Shown one piece after another: positions 29,607-39,002 of a stretch of DNA of 64,000 bases; the first letter of the stretch is position 1; every line of letters starts with the position of its first letter. Origin of the DNA: a virus (Duplodnaviria > Caudoviricetes); IMG/VR virus record IMGVR_UViG_3300020046_005360; one strand, written 5' to 3'. The position numbers and the translations under genes are program-made. The notes beneath the pieces are model-generated. The model made no database searches. It was not told the origin of the DNA and saw only the letters and a program-made list of their open reading frames with translations.

Positions 29607-30045
29607 ATCGAGGTTCTTGATTTGGAGTAGTAACTAGAGTTATATCATTTTTCCATATCATATTATTTACTCTTTCAACAGTATAACCTGTATAAAAATA
29701 ATTTGGATCTGAGGGTTTATGAAATTTTAAACCATCTAAATCATCACTACTTGATATTATATAATGTGATGTACCTTGAGTAAATTCCAATCCAATTAAT
29801 TGTTCTTTAGTATATTTCATAATTAATATTTCGTATGTTGGTTCTGGCATTGGTTCTAATCTAAATGATTTGGATTTAATATTTGAATTTACCCAATCAA
29901 TGGTAAAAGAGTCATTGGTATGAATTTTATGTGTTTTAGCGTCTTTAAAATCGAACCTACTTCTATTTTCATTATATGAAAGAATATAAGTAGAACCAAC
30001 ATGTTTTAAAGTTCTTCCGATTAATTGTTCTTTAGTATAGTCCAT
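29593..30045 (-). CDS. YEIY-tagged protein, in-frame fusion of two MxYTKEQL modules
   Basis: Internal EPTYEILI-MKYTKEQL; ends QEPRYEIY*. Confidence 0.8.
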   Translation of the reverse strand: MDYTKEQLIGRTLKHVGSTYILSYNENRSRFDFKDAKTHKIHTNDSFTIDWVNSNIKSKSFRLEPMPEPTYEILIMKYTKEQLIGLEFTQGTSHYIISSSDDLDGLKFHKPSDPNYFYTGYTVERVNNMIWKNDITLVTTPNQEPRYEIY

Positions 30046-30047
30046 AA

Positions 30048-30326
30048 CTAATAAATTTCATAATTAGTTGATAATTCTGGTTTAGGTGCTAGCCTACCTA
30101 TTTTTATACAATCTTCTAACCAAGTTCGTTCTTCATAGGTTGGTTCTATATTTTGTCTCCATCCATGGCTACCAGAATTCCTCCTAAAATCCCCACCACC
30201 ATTTTTAGTTATATATAATCTAAAACTAGCAGTATTTTCACCATCTAGACCACACATCCAAATATATTTTACTCCAGTTGAAATTTCATCTATAGCTGTG
30301 TATATGTTTCCTTTAATTAATTCCAT
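30048..30326 (-). CDS. YEIY-tagged small protein (T.EE..WL..CI family)
   Basis: Ends STNYEIY*. Confidence 0.8.
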   Translation of the reverse strand: MELIKGNIYTAIDEISTGVKYIWMCGLDGENTASFRLYITKNGGGDFRRNSGSHGWRQNIEPTYEERTWLEDCIKIGRLAPKPELSTNYEIY

Positions 30327-30329
30327 AAC

Positions 30330-30929
30330 TTATACTTTTATATTAGGTCTAAATGATGTTACTTTCGAGAATCCTTTATTTTCCAATTTCTCTACATCAG
30401 TTAGATTAGATTTAATATTTTGTTGATTATCAATTTGTTGAGCTAACCATTGACTCAACCATTGATATAATTGTTCGGCAGGAATAAATGAAGCTAGGTT
30501 TAATTCCTCTAATTTTGGGAATTTCTCATAATTATTTAAACCTTTTTCGATTAGAATAGGACAATCATATTGTTTATTGATAATGTCGAATCCTAGAACA
30601 GGTTCTAAAGCTAATTTGATATTATAATGCCTCATACAATTCAACTTCCTAATAGTGATGTAATCATATTTTATTCCATCCCATTTTGAATTTTCAGCAT
30701 TTTTAAATTGGATTAGATCTTGACCATAATAAATTTTATTTTGATATCGATAACCCTCAATACGTCTACCACAAATAACTAAAGTTACTTTATGTTCTTT
30801 ATCCAATTCATGTTGATAATTTATTGGTTCCGAATATCCTTCACGTCTATCTAATATTAGTTTAGGATCAACTCCATAAATACCTGTTAGGTAGTCATAG
30901 TAATCTTTATACTTGCTCAAGATATACAT
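30330..30929 (-). CDS. conserved phage hypothetical protein (SKYKDYYDY...GF...TSFR)
   Basis: ORF track, motif pattern. Confidence 0.65.
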   Translation of the reverse strand: MYILSKYKDYYDYLTGIYGVDPKLILDRREGYSEPINYQHELDKEHKVTLVICGRRIEGYRYQNKIYYGQDLIQFKNAENSKWDGIKYDYITIRKLNCMRHYNIKLALEPVLGFDIINKQYDCPILIEKGLNNYEKFPKLEELNLASFIPAEQLYQWLSQWLAQQIDNQQNIKSNLTDVEKLENKGFSKVTSFRPNIKV

Positions 30930-30931
30930 AA

Positions 30932-31131
30932 TTAGTAAATTTCGTATGTTGGTTCATCTATTACTACTTCATATTTCGTACCTATTGCTTCCATTTCTAC
31001 TGAATATGAATTTTGGGAAGGAAATGAGTATACATTTTCTCTCCCTTTTATATGAACTCCTATTTCTCCTTTCTTTACCCTACCTGAATTTGGGTAATCT
31101 TTTAATGCTCTTAATTTTTAGGATATCCCAT
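30932..31131 (-). pseudogene. frameshifted YEIY-tagged gene
   Basis: MGYPK[+A]KLRALKDY...VIDEPTYEIY*; one A missing in A-run ~31115. Confidence 0.75.
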
Positions 31132-31133
31132 AA

Positions 31134-31355
31134 CTAGTATATTTCATATTGAGGTTCACTTGCTTTAACAACTTCTAGACATGATATTCCAACCCGTCCT
31201 TCTTGAACAGAATTCTTATATCCTTTTAATAATACTCCAGTTTCTCCACAGTAACCGTTAGGTACTATTTTAAGAATGGTATATTCTTTACCAATACTAC
31301 CCTTACCAAAACCCTTACCACTCACTGTTACTTTTACTTTATCTCCTATTTTCAT
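31134..31355 (-). CDS. YEIY-tagged small protein (KIGD/KOW-like)
   Basis: Ends SEPQYEIY*. Confidence 0.8.
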   Translation of the reverse strand: MKIGDKVKVTVSGKGFGKGSIGKEYTILKIVPNGYCGETGVLLKGYKNSVQEGRVGISCLEVVKASEPQYEIY

Positions 31356-32104
31356 AACTTATAATATTTTTCTTAATTTTTCAATTACCTTTTTCAAATG
31401 TCTTGAATTATCATAATTATTGATAAAACTACCTTGAATTTCACTTGCTGTGAATAGAGTTTTAGTTATAAACCCATCAATAAAGCGGGATCTACATTCT
31501 TCCAATATTTCAGGACATTTACTTTCACTAGTAATTAATCCACACACCCAATATTCTTCATGTTTTTCTAATAAAATATAGGGATGATTAAATATAGGAT
31601 GCATGTAAATATCTCCTACTTTATTAAATGATGGTTTTCTAGTAGTACATGATCCTGGTAAGCACGTAACCCAAGCTAATAATTGTTCATGAGAGAACCC
31701 TTGTTTTTTAACTTTCTCTAATAATGTAACTTTATCCATAACTTTATTATTTTACTTTGTAAATATACGAATATTATACGCGTAATTCTATTCCATTTCA
31801 AAATTTCTTATATACTCTTCTAACTCTTCCCTATCTTTATCTAATTGAATTTGAACTTTTTTAGGAATTTTTAAAGTAGTATATTCTTTATTAGCTAAAA
31901 ATGTCTTATCTAGTGAAAAGTCATTCATATCTAATAAATCTTTATCTAATTGACCACGAAATATCATGAAATCCTCCAATATATTACCTTCATTAGTTTC
32001 ATCTGGAACAAATTGAATTGAATGGAAGAATTGTACTATTTCTCCATTTGATGCCATTACATTTGGGGTAGTAGCTAATAATTTAGCTATTTCTATACGT
32101 TTCA

Positions 32105-32419
32105 TTAATAAATTTCGTATTGTGGTTTTAGTTTTATTCTATCTTTTGGAATAAATTTATTAGCAGCTATACAATTGTCCAACCATTGTCTTTCTTCCCA
32201 AGTTACTAAATGTACTGCTCTTTCACCCCCTATATATGGTGTTGTAGCGCTTCTATATTCCCATTTACCATCCATATTACTAATACATGAACCTTTAATT
32301 CTTTCCAAATCTATGTCTCCACGACCATCCTTATCTGGTCCTTCATTTTTGGTTATTAAAAAGGTGTCACCTTTCATAATTTTGTAATATTCTCCAACTA
32401 TTAAGTCTGTTGATTTCAT
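32105..32419 (-). CDS. YEIY-tagged small protein (T.EE..WL..CI family)
   Basis: Ends LKPQYEIY*. Confidence 0.8.
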   Translation of the reverse strand: MKSTDLIVGEYYKIMKGDTFLITKNEGPDKDGRGDIDLERIKGSCISNMDGKWEYRSATTPYIGGERAVHLVTWEERQWLDNCIAANKFIPKDRIKLKPQYEIY

Positions 32420-32421
32420 AA

Positions 32422-32673
32422 CTAGTATATTTCGTATTGAGGTTCGTCAAAATAAAATTCCAAATCACATTCTAAAAATCCACTTTGGGGTCTTTTCATA
32501 CTACTCCCCAATACTATTTCATATTGCTCTATTCTAACAATATAAGCAAATTTTTGGGATTTTATAGAATTCGTTATTAATGAACAACGTTCTAATGATG
32601 TACCTACTGATTTAGTAGTAGGTATTTTGACTTTATCCCCAACTTTAAATTTTTTCATCTTCTTTCCACTCAA
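32422..32673 (-). CDS. YEIY-tagged small protein (KFKVGD/KOW-like)
   Basis: Ends DEPQYEIY*. Confidence 0.8.
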   Translation of the reverse strand: MSGKKMKKFKVGDKVKIPTTKSVGTSLERCSLITNSIKSQKFAYIVRIEQYEIVLGSSMKRPQSGFLECDLEFYFDEPQYEIY

Positions 32674-33382
32674 TTAATGGGCAATTATTTTTATAAATAT
32701 TATAAATCATATCAGATACGATTTGTATTCCGTGCCAAATTTTACTAGCAACATTTTTAATGAAATTCCAAATAATGTCAAGAAAGTTAAAGAATATACT
32801 ATTGATAAATAAGTATTTCCATATGTGATAAAAACCAACAACAAATACAACTATATTACCAACATCTAATAATAATTTACCCAATAATTTCCAATCAATT
32901 GGTCTCCATTCTATACTCCATATAAGAAAACCAACAACTCCTAATAATGAAGTAAATAAAACACCTATAAGTACAAGATCCCAATCAACATCTAGTTTCT
33001 TCTTATATATTGGTTTATGTTGTTTACATAAATCATATATTTTATGCCATATATCATCAGATATAAATCCTGAGTATATCCTCCACTCATTAGAATTATA
33101 TAATATGTATGCTTCTTCTGGTGTTAAATCTCGATTACAATATTCGAGAAATTTGGATTTACGTTTTTGGTATTTGTCTTCTTTACGTTGATAATTCCAT
33201 TTATAATATTTTGATGATAAATTACCAAATAATTTTAAAATTACCATAAATGGTAAAAGTATAAAAGTAATTATTAGTGACCAAAAATAAGGACACATAT
33301 TTTTATACTTTTTGGTAGGATCTACGTCATATAACCACTTATATAACTTTACATGCCAAGCATCTTTTGAGAACGAATACAA
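32645..33382 (-). CDS. membrane protein
   Basis: WH...Y...CPYFW followed by several TM segments. Confidence 0.7.
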   Translation of the reverse strand: MYSFSKDAWHVKLYKWLYDVDPTKKYKNMCPYFWSLIITFILLPFMVILKLFGNLSSKYYKWNYQRKEDKYQKRKSKFLEYCNRDLTPEEAYILYNSNEWRIYSGFISDDIWHKIYDLCKQHKPIYKKKLDVDWDLVLIGVLFTSLLGVVGFLIWSIEWRPIDWKLLGKLLLDVGNIVVFVVGFYHIWKYLFINSIFFNFLDIIWNFIKNVASKIWHGIQIVSDMIYNIYKNNCPLIEWKEDEKI

Positions 33383-33449
33383 GTTTTCATAATCTTAATT
33401 GTTTTTTATTAATTTATTTTGTAAATATACGAATTCCATTCTTAAAATC

Positions 33450-33656
33450 CTAAAGGACTTCAAGAATTTTTGTTTCTTTAATACTTACAACCTTAAAATC
33501 TAGGTTTGTTCCTTCATCAACAAATTTTTTAACTGTAATGGTTTCGGCATCTAAACAACTAATTGCGGAAACAATATATTGTTCATTTTGTTTTTTTAAC
33601 TTACCCTTTTCGTCTTCAGATTTTACTTGGACATTTACTTGGAAATACTTGTTCAT
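33450..33656 (-). CDS. DUF4494-like protein
   Basis: YF.V.V...G..KK..EQY.V.A.S..DAE......V.SIKETKI.EV matches this Bacteroidota family from memory. Confidence 0.7.
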   Translation of the reverse strand: MNKYFQVNVQVKSEDEKGKLKKQNEQYIVSAISCLDAETITVKKFVDEGTNLDFKVVSIKETKILEVL

Positions 33657-33670
33657 TTTTATTTAGTTTT

Positions 33671-34041
33671 AAATTATTTTGTGTATTTTTCTACGATTGC
33701 TCTAATTGTATTATCTACGTTTCCTTTAATATTGGAAACGATAAGTTCTCTTTCGATAGTTTTAACATCAATAACATGTTGGGGTTTATCCACATCATCT
33801 ACATAAGTCCTGCCGTTATAGTGTTGACTTAAAGTTAATTTTGGGTGGACCAATTTATATTCTTCTTCTAATGAAAGTTCGAATGCTTCCCTTTTTGTTC
33901 AATCTCTTTATTTACTTCTTTTTTTAGAAGACATAATTCTTGATATTCTTTTTGTTCAGGAGAATCTTTTTTACTCTCTTTAATTTGATCAACGATAGTT
34001 TCTACTACCGCATCCAATTCATATTTGGATAATTTTGCCAT
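33671..34041 (-). pseudogene. frameshifted hypothetical gene (MAKLSKYELDAVV...)
   Basis: One A added at ~33893 restores a ~120-aa ORF. Confidence 0.6.
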
Positions 34042-34063
34042 AATCTTTGTTTATATTTAATTG

Positions 34064-34318
34064 TTAATAAATTTCGTAATTAGGTTCTACGTTTTGTTTT
34101 AATATTTCTGTTTGGAATTCTTGGAATGTTAAAACGTTTCCTTTAGGTCTTGTATAATATACATCCCCAGGTTTAATTCCATAAATATAATAATATGATA
34201 TCGCGGGGTCAGTTTGGTACATTTTGTTATTACATACATTACCCCAATTTTCATCAAACCACTTACTAATAATAAATGCTTCTTCTTTATTTCCAGGTTT
34301 AATACACCACATTTCCAT
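34064..34318 (-). CDS. YEIY-tagged small protein (WCI family)
   Basis: Ends VEPNYEIY*. Confidence 0.8.
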   Translation of the reverse strand: MEMWCIKPGNKEEAFIISKWFDENWGNVCNNKMYQTDPAISYYYIYGIKPGDVYYTRPKGNVLTFQEFQTEILKQNVEPNYEIY

Positions 34319-34320
34319 AA

Positions 34321-34611
34321 TTAGTATATTTCGTAAGTTGGGTTAATTTCTTTTCCTAGAACCAATTCTTTGAATTCATCAAATGTTAATTCTCTATAGT
34401 CAGAATGATCAAAATCCTCTCTATTTCTACTTATAGAATTAGTATTACTAAATCCATGTCCTATATTTTTATATCCAGGTTTTAAAATATTCTCACTATA
34501 ACAGTATCCACTGTAGGATGAATAAATACTATTATTAGGATCTAATTTATTCATAAATTCGTTTACTACATCACCATTTTCATATGTTCTTTTTATACAC
34601 CACTTTTCCAT
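34321..34611 (-). CDS. YEIY-tagged small protein (WCI family)
   Basis: Ends INPTYEIY*. Confidence 0.8.
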   Translation of the reverse strand: MEKWCIKRTYENGDVVNEFMNKLDPNNSIYSSYSGYCYSENILKPGYKNIGHGFSNTNSISRNREDFDHSDYRELTFDEFKELVLGKEINPTYEIY

Positions 34612-34661
34612 AACTTTATTATTTATATTGTAAATATACGAAATTTTATTTGAAAATCAAA

Positions 34662-34988
34662 CTATTCTTCATCTTTAATAGAAAATACTATCTTTTCGAA
34701 ATTGCGTACTCTAGCAGCTATTTCGTATTTCTGGTTTTTAACAAAGTAATTCTTCATCTCCATGAAAGCATCTCCCCACTCCTTTTCATATATAGATAAA
34801 AATTCAACATCATCATCTGATTCTGTAATTTCTATCCTATATATGTCTACAGTTTGGACTTCTTGTTTAGATTTCCATGATTTCTCTAATTTATCTAAAG
34901 TATATAAATGGACTTCTTCTTCACTTTCTTCATAAAAGTCGAACATATCATCATAGTCTCGAAACTTTAATAGTTTTAACTTTCCCAT
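34662..34988 (-). CDS. hypothetical protein with C-terminal UVR-like motif
   Basis: FVKNQKYEIAARVRN. Confidence 0.55.
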   Translation of the reverse strand: MGKLKLLKFRDYDDMFDFYEESEEEVHLYTLDKLEKSWKSKQEVQTVDIYRIEITESDDDVEFLSIYEKEWGDAFMEMKNYFVKNQKYEIAARVRNFEKIVFSIKDEE

Positions 34989-35335
34989 TCTTTAATATTT
35001 TTGTTGTTGTAGCATCTTCTGGAAAACGACCATTGTGATATTCAGTTAGATCTAATTCAATTTGTTCAATTCTTTGCTTATCTTCCTTCGTTACACGTTT
35101 TTTACGTTCACTTCCTTTCGTAATATATTTTTTATTTAAAGTATCTAATTCTTTTAATAACTTTTCTGAGAAAGCATATTGAGGATCATCTATTTCTACG
35201 CTTAATGGAGTATGTTTAGATATATTTAAATCCCATTCCCATTTATATCTTGTTCCGTCTTTGTCTTGGAAATGCTGAGTGTATTTAAGTATTGGTGTTA
35301 TATTCTCAACTGGGCGACCTTTATTACTACTCTTA

Positions 35336-35632
35336 CTAATAGATTTCATAATTTGGTTCGTAATTCTGTTTAGTTACATCGAAAGGTTTACCTAATTCAT
35401 CGTATTTAGCAATTTCTTGAGGAGTTGCGTAACGCCAATCTTTTAAAAATTTGGATTTATCAAAAGACATGACTTCATGTCCATTCGTATTAGTTCCAGA
35501 CATATCAATTACTGGGTATATACCATAATTATCTATTCTTTGTTTAAAACAATAGTTTGTCCTAGCACAATTATAACCATCAAATTCATCTTTTAATTTC
35601 AATGTAACTATATAATCGTCTTTTTTAAACAT
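35336..35632 (-). CDS. YEIY-tagged small protein (MFKKDDYIV family)
   Basis: Ends YEPNYEIY*. Confidence 0.8.
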   Translation of the reverse strand: MFKKDDYIVTLKLKDEFDGYNCARTNYCFKQRIDNYGIYPVIDMSGTNTNGHEVMSFDKSKFLKDWRYATPQEIAKYDELGKPFDVTKQNYEPNYEIY

Positions 35633-35641
35633 AATTTTTAT

Positions 35642-35866
35642 TTAATAAATTTCGTAATTAGGTTCATAATTTGGTATTTCTTCTGGTAAAGCCCACCTAA
35701 ATGAATTTTGATGTAAACTAAACTCGTCACTTATTCCTTCATTATGTAATCCTTTGGAAGAAATTATAGCTCTATCTCCTCTCCAACTTATAACTTCACA
35801 AACACGACCAATATTTTCTGGATATGTTCCCCAACCTCCTTTTGTTATTACTATATATTCTTCCAT
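35642..35866 (-). CDS. YEIY-tagged small protein
   Basis: Ends IPNYEPNYEIY*. Confidence 0.8.
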   Translation of the reverse strand: MEEYIVITKGGWGTYPENIGRVCEVISWRGDRAIISSKGLHNEGISDEFSLHQNSFRWALPEEIPNYEPNYEIY

Positions 35867-35868
35867 AA

Positions 35869-36102
35869 CTAGTATATTTCGTAATTAGGTTCTAAATAAC
35901 CCCATTTAGTTAATAATATATTCGCTTTATCTCCACAATATTTACCTTCCAATGTTTGGTATAATCCGTATTCTAAACTATAATTAATAATATATACTAA
36001 TTCATCATAGTCAGATGTTTTAGGTATATTATCCATAGTATAATTGGAACCGTAGTGTTTATCGTAATTTCCCATATTTATCTCCTTTTTATATAATCCC
36101 AT
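35869..36102 (-). CDS. YEIY-tagged small protein
   Basis: Ends LEPNYEIY*. Confidence 0.75.
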   Translation of the reverse strand: MGLYKKEINMGNYDKHYGSNYTMDNIPKTSDYDELVYIINYSLEYGLYQTLEGKYCGDKANILLTKWGYLEPNYEIY

Positions 36103-36589
36103 CTATGTCCAAATGTTATGAACCCACTCAATTTATCTTCGGGTTTCCATCTAAATATTTCTTGGTCATATCTTTTATCTAATGTTGTTCTTAAACCTAT
36201 AAAATAATGTTCACCTAACCTTTGTTGGATACCAGCCTCTAAACCATAGTTTATTCTAAAAGCACCATCACGATCTACTTTAGCCATTCGAGCTCCAGCA
36301 TATATTCTAGTTTTTCAAATAATCCTAAAGTAGTATTCAATCCAATAGCACCATGAATATCGAAATATCCTCCAGTTAATGCTCCAAAACTTTCAAATCC
36401 CATTTTAGCATAAACATATCCTACATATTCAATCTCTCCCACTATATCTAATCCACCTTCTTTATATGATGCAAAGGGATCAATATGGGTACTTATAGTA
36501 AAATATTCTTTGTCCGAAAAATGTATAAAACTTTGTTTCTGTGCGAATAAACTATTACATAGTAATAGTAATAGGATTAATTTTTTCAT
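36078..36589 (-). CDS. secreted / outer-membrane beta-barrel-like protein split by a frameshift (track ORFs 36275..36589 + 36078..36287)
   Basis: Signal peptide MKKLILLLLLCNSLFAQ, alternating beta pattern; +1 A at ~36312 joins frames. Confidence 0.6.
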
Positions 36590-37059
36590 AACTGTTTTTG
36601 TTTTACAATTTCAATTAATTTCTTTAAGCATTCAAGTTCTGCTTCTTCTTCATTAGAATTATCATACCCATCCCATTCAATTTTATCTCTTAAACCTCCT
36701 CTATACTGGTCAAAAGAATAAATTCTGTAACCAAATTCAAGTATTTCAAAATGGTCTTCTTCTGTTGAATAGAGTCTTTGAAAAGGTACACAAGGTTCTA
36801 TAACTAAATCATACTTCTCTCTAAACCATCTAAATACTTGTGAGAAAGTTGGTTTTGAAATATAATATTCATCTTTTAAAAATTTTCTAACTTCTTCACC
36901 TTCAGAGTTTTTATAACCACTATAACTTGATTGTCCACAAAACGTAATATAATCGTTTATTTTACTATTGTAAGTGAAAGTTGCTCCGAAACAAGGTTCA
37001 TCAAACCCTAATTCTTTAAGTGCTAATGCTTGTTCGTAAGGTATAAACTCATTTTCCAT
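36586..37059 (-). CDS. phage protein, FIPY..AL.LKELGFDE family (paralogs 59700, 57878)
   Basis: Shared LKELGFDE...FRWFREKY...EEAEL.CL.KLIEIVKQ. Confidence 0.7.
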   Translation of the reverse strand: MENEFIPYEQALALKELGFDEPCFGATFTYNSKINDYITFCGQSSYSGYKNSEGEEVRKFLKDEYYISKPTFSQVFRWFREKYDLVIEPCVPFQRLYSTEEDHFEILEFGYRIYSFDQYRGGLRDKIEWDGYDNSNEEEAELECLKKLIEIVKQKQL

Positions 37060-38257
37060 AACTAATCATTTTATTACTTTATATATCGTAAATATACGAA
37101 ATAATATATAATATTTTTATTCCCTAACAGAAAAAGGTCTCTTTTCAGAGACCTAATGAATTAATAAAAACAATTATAATTAATCAAATGTACCAGGGTA
37201 TAATTTCTGAATAACGTTATATAAATCATCTGGAGTTCTGATATAAATTTCATCTCCATTATCGTTGGTTAAGAATTGTTCATTACCAGATTCATCTAAT
37301 CTTTCATAAAAAAAGAATGCAATTAACTGATATATATCGGGTCCATAACTTAGTAGTAGTATTTCATCTATTATAGAGTAGAAGGGGTCTTCATATGAAG
37401 ATAAATCTATATTAAATTGTGATTGAAGCATTATTGATTTAAGAAGTGCTTCATCATATTTTTTAATAATAGATATGAATTGAATCTTCTTTTGATTTTT
37501 TGCGTTACGTTTTTGTCTTCGCACGATGGTTTCACCACCTAATAGGCTTGTAAAACCATATTGAATGTCTTGTTTATCAATCATTACTTTCTAATTTAAT
37601 TAATAAATCTCTAATAGTTGAACATCTTGGATAATCTTCTTTCAACAAGTAGTATTTTTCCAATGTTTCTAATGTAACTTTATATGTTTTTTGAGGGATT
37701 ATAACTTGGTATTCCTGCACATAACAAAAAACACATTCTTTCTTGTTTTTATTTACAGCTACTTCTATATTTGGTAAAAGTTTATCATAAATAACTTGTT
37801 GAACAGAATCCATCGCTAATCCCTTCACTATTACGTCAAGATTCTCACTTGCAAAGGTAACTGTGGGGATGTTTGCCATATTTTAACGACTTAAGATTGC
37901 TTTAATAAACGGGAAAATACTTCCCACAGGAATATTCATTTTTACAGAAGTATTACCTTCTTTACCTTCTTCTGCATTAAGTTCAAGTTTATACTTTGCG
38001 AATTTAGGTCCTAATGAAGTCATAAGACTGTTTTGAAGTGTTTTAATTTCTTCATCAGATAGATTATAAATCATATTTCCTTCTGGATTGACAGGAACTA
38101 ATTCAAGATTAATTCCATTTTTATCAACATCTAAATTGACTTGGAATGTTTCTCCATTTAGGTTGACTTTATATTGTAAATCTCCTCCATCTTCTTCTAA
38201 CATTAATTGTCTTAATGATGTGTTTATATGCGCCATATTATTATTTTTGTATAAATA

Positions 38258-38875
38258 TTAATTATAATAGTCTAATCTATTTCTTTTTATTTCTCTATTT
38301 ACTTTACTACACAAAGGTTGTAGGTTAGAGAAATGGTTCAATTTATAAATATCTTCTTCTGTATTTATAGAACTTAAGGGAATTATATGATCTATATCCC
38401 AAGTTTTATTAAATTCGAATATCCCATCTTTAGGATAACCTCTATTATTCCAAGTCATCCAAGATTCGAATTTAGATTCTAAATGTAATTTAAATTCTTC
38501 AAATGAACAACATAATATATCTTCAGTACATTTTGATTTAATACAAGATCCATTTAAATAATTTTTGAAACTACTAAGTATTGATGATCTCATATTTTGT
38601 TTTAATTTATATAAATGATCATTTTCCCTTTTATTTTTTTGATAATCATTATGATGTCCCGGATTAAGTTTATTCCATTTTATATTAGTTTTTTTAAAAT
38701 AATCCCTATTTATATTATAATATTCATTATTATATATTTTAGTAATATCCTTTTTACTATCATTATGTTTCTTTTTACAATTTCTGCATTGAAAATTAAA
38801 TCCGTCCTTTTTGGCTCGATTAATACAAAAATCACTAAATTCTTTTAACTCACCACACTTACTACATTTCTTCAT
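38258..38875 (-). CDS. HNH/endonuclease VII-like homing endonuclease (WDIDHIIP family)
   Basis: N-terminal CxxC..CxxC; C-terminal MTW.N...WDIDHIIP...LNHFSNLQPL. Confidence 0.85.
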   Translation of the reverse strand: MKKCSKCGELKEFSDFCINRAKKDGFNFQCRNCKKKHNDSKKDITKIYNNEYYNINRDYFKKTNIKWNKLNPGHHNDYQKNKRENDHLYKLKQNMRSSILSSFKNYLNGSCIKSKCTEDILCCSFEEFKLHLESKFESWMTWNNRGYPKDGIFEFNKTWDIDHIIPLSSINTEEDIYKLNHFSNLQPLCSKVNREIKRNRLDYYN

Positions 38876-39002
38876 ATCAAATAAAAAGGAGAAATTAAAG
38901 AAAACTACCTCGTCCGTAGTGAATCCTTAAAATCTCCTATATAATTTCTTTATTGGTAGGACGAGTACCGTTTGATATAAATATATAAGGAGAATGGAAA
39001 CA

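Noticed and set aside
12054-36102. YEIY repeats as a CRISPR array or classical integron attC sites
   Set aside because: Repeats are degenerate, lie in coding frames, are spaced by whole genes and lack palindromic attC/CRISPR structure; no cas1 or intI in the window.
12054-36102. YEIY as a BamA beta-signal or T9SS sorting signal
   Set aside because: The tagged proteins lack signal peptides and are too small for barrels or T9SS C-terminal domains.
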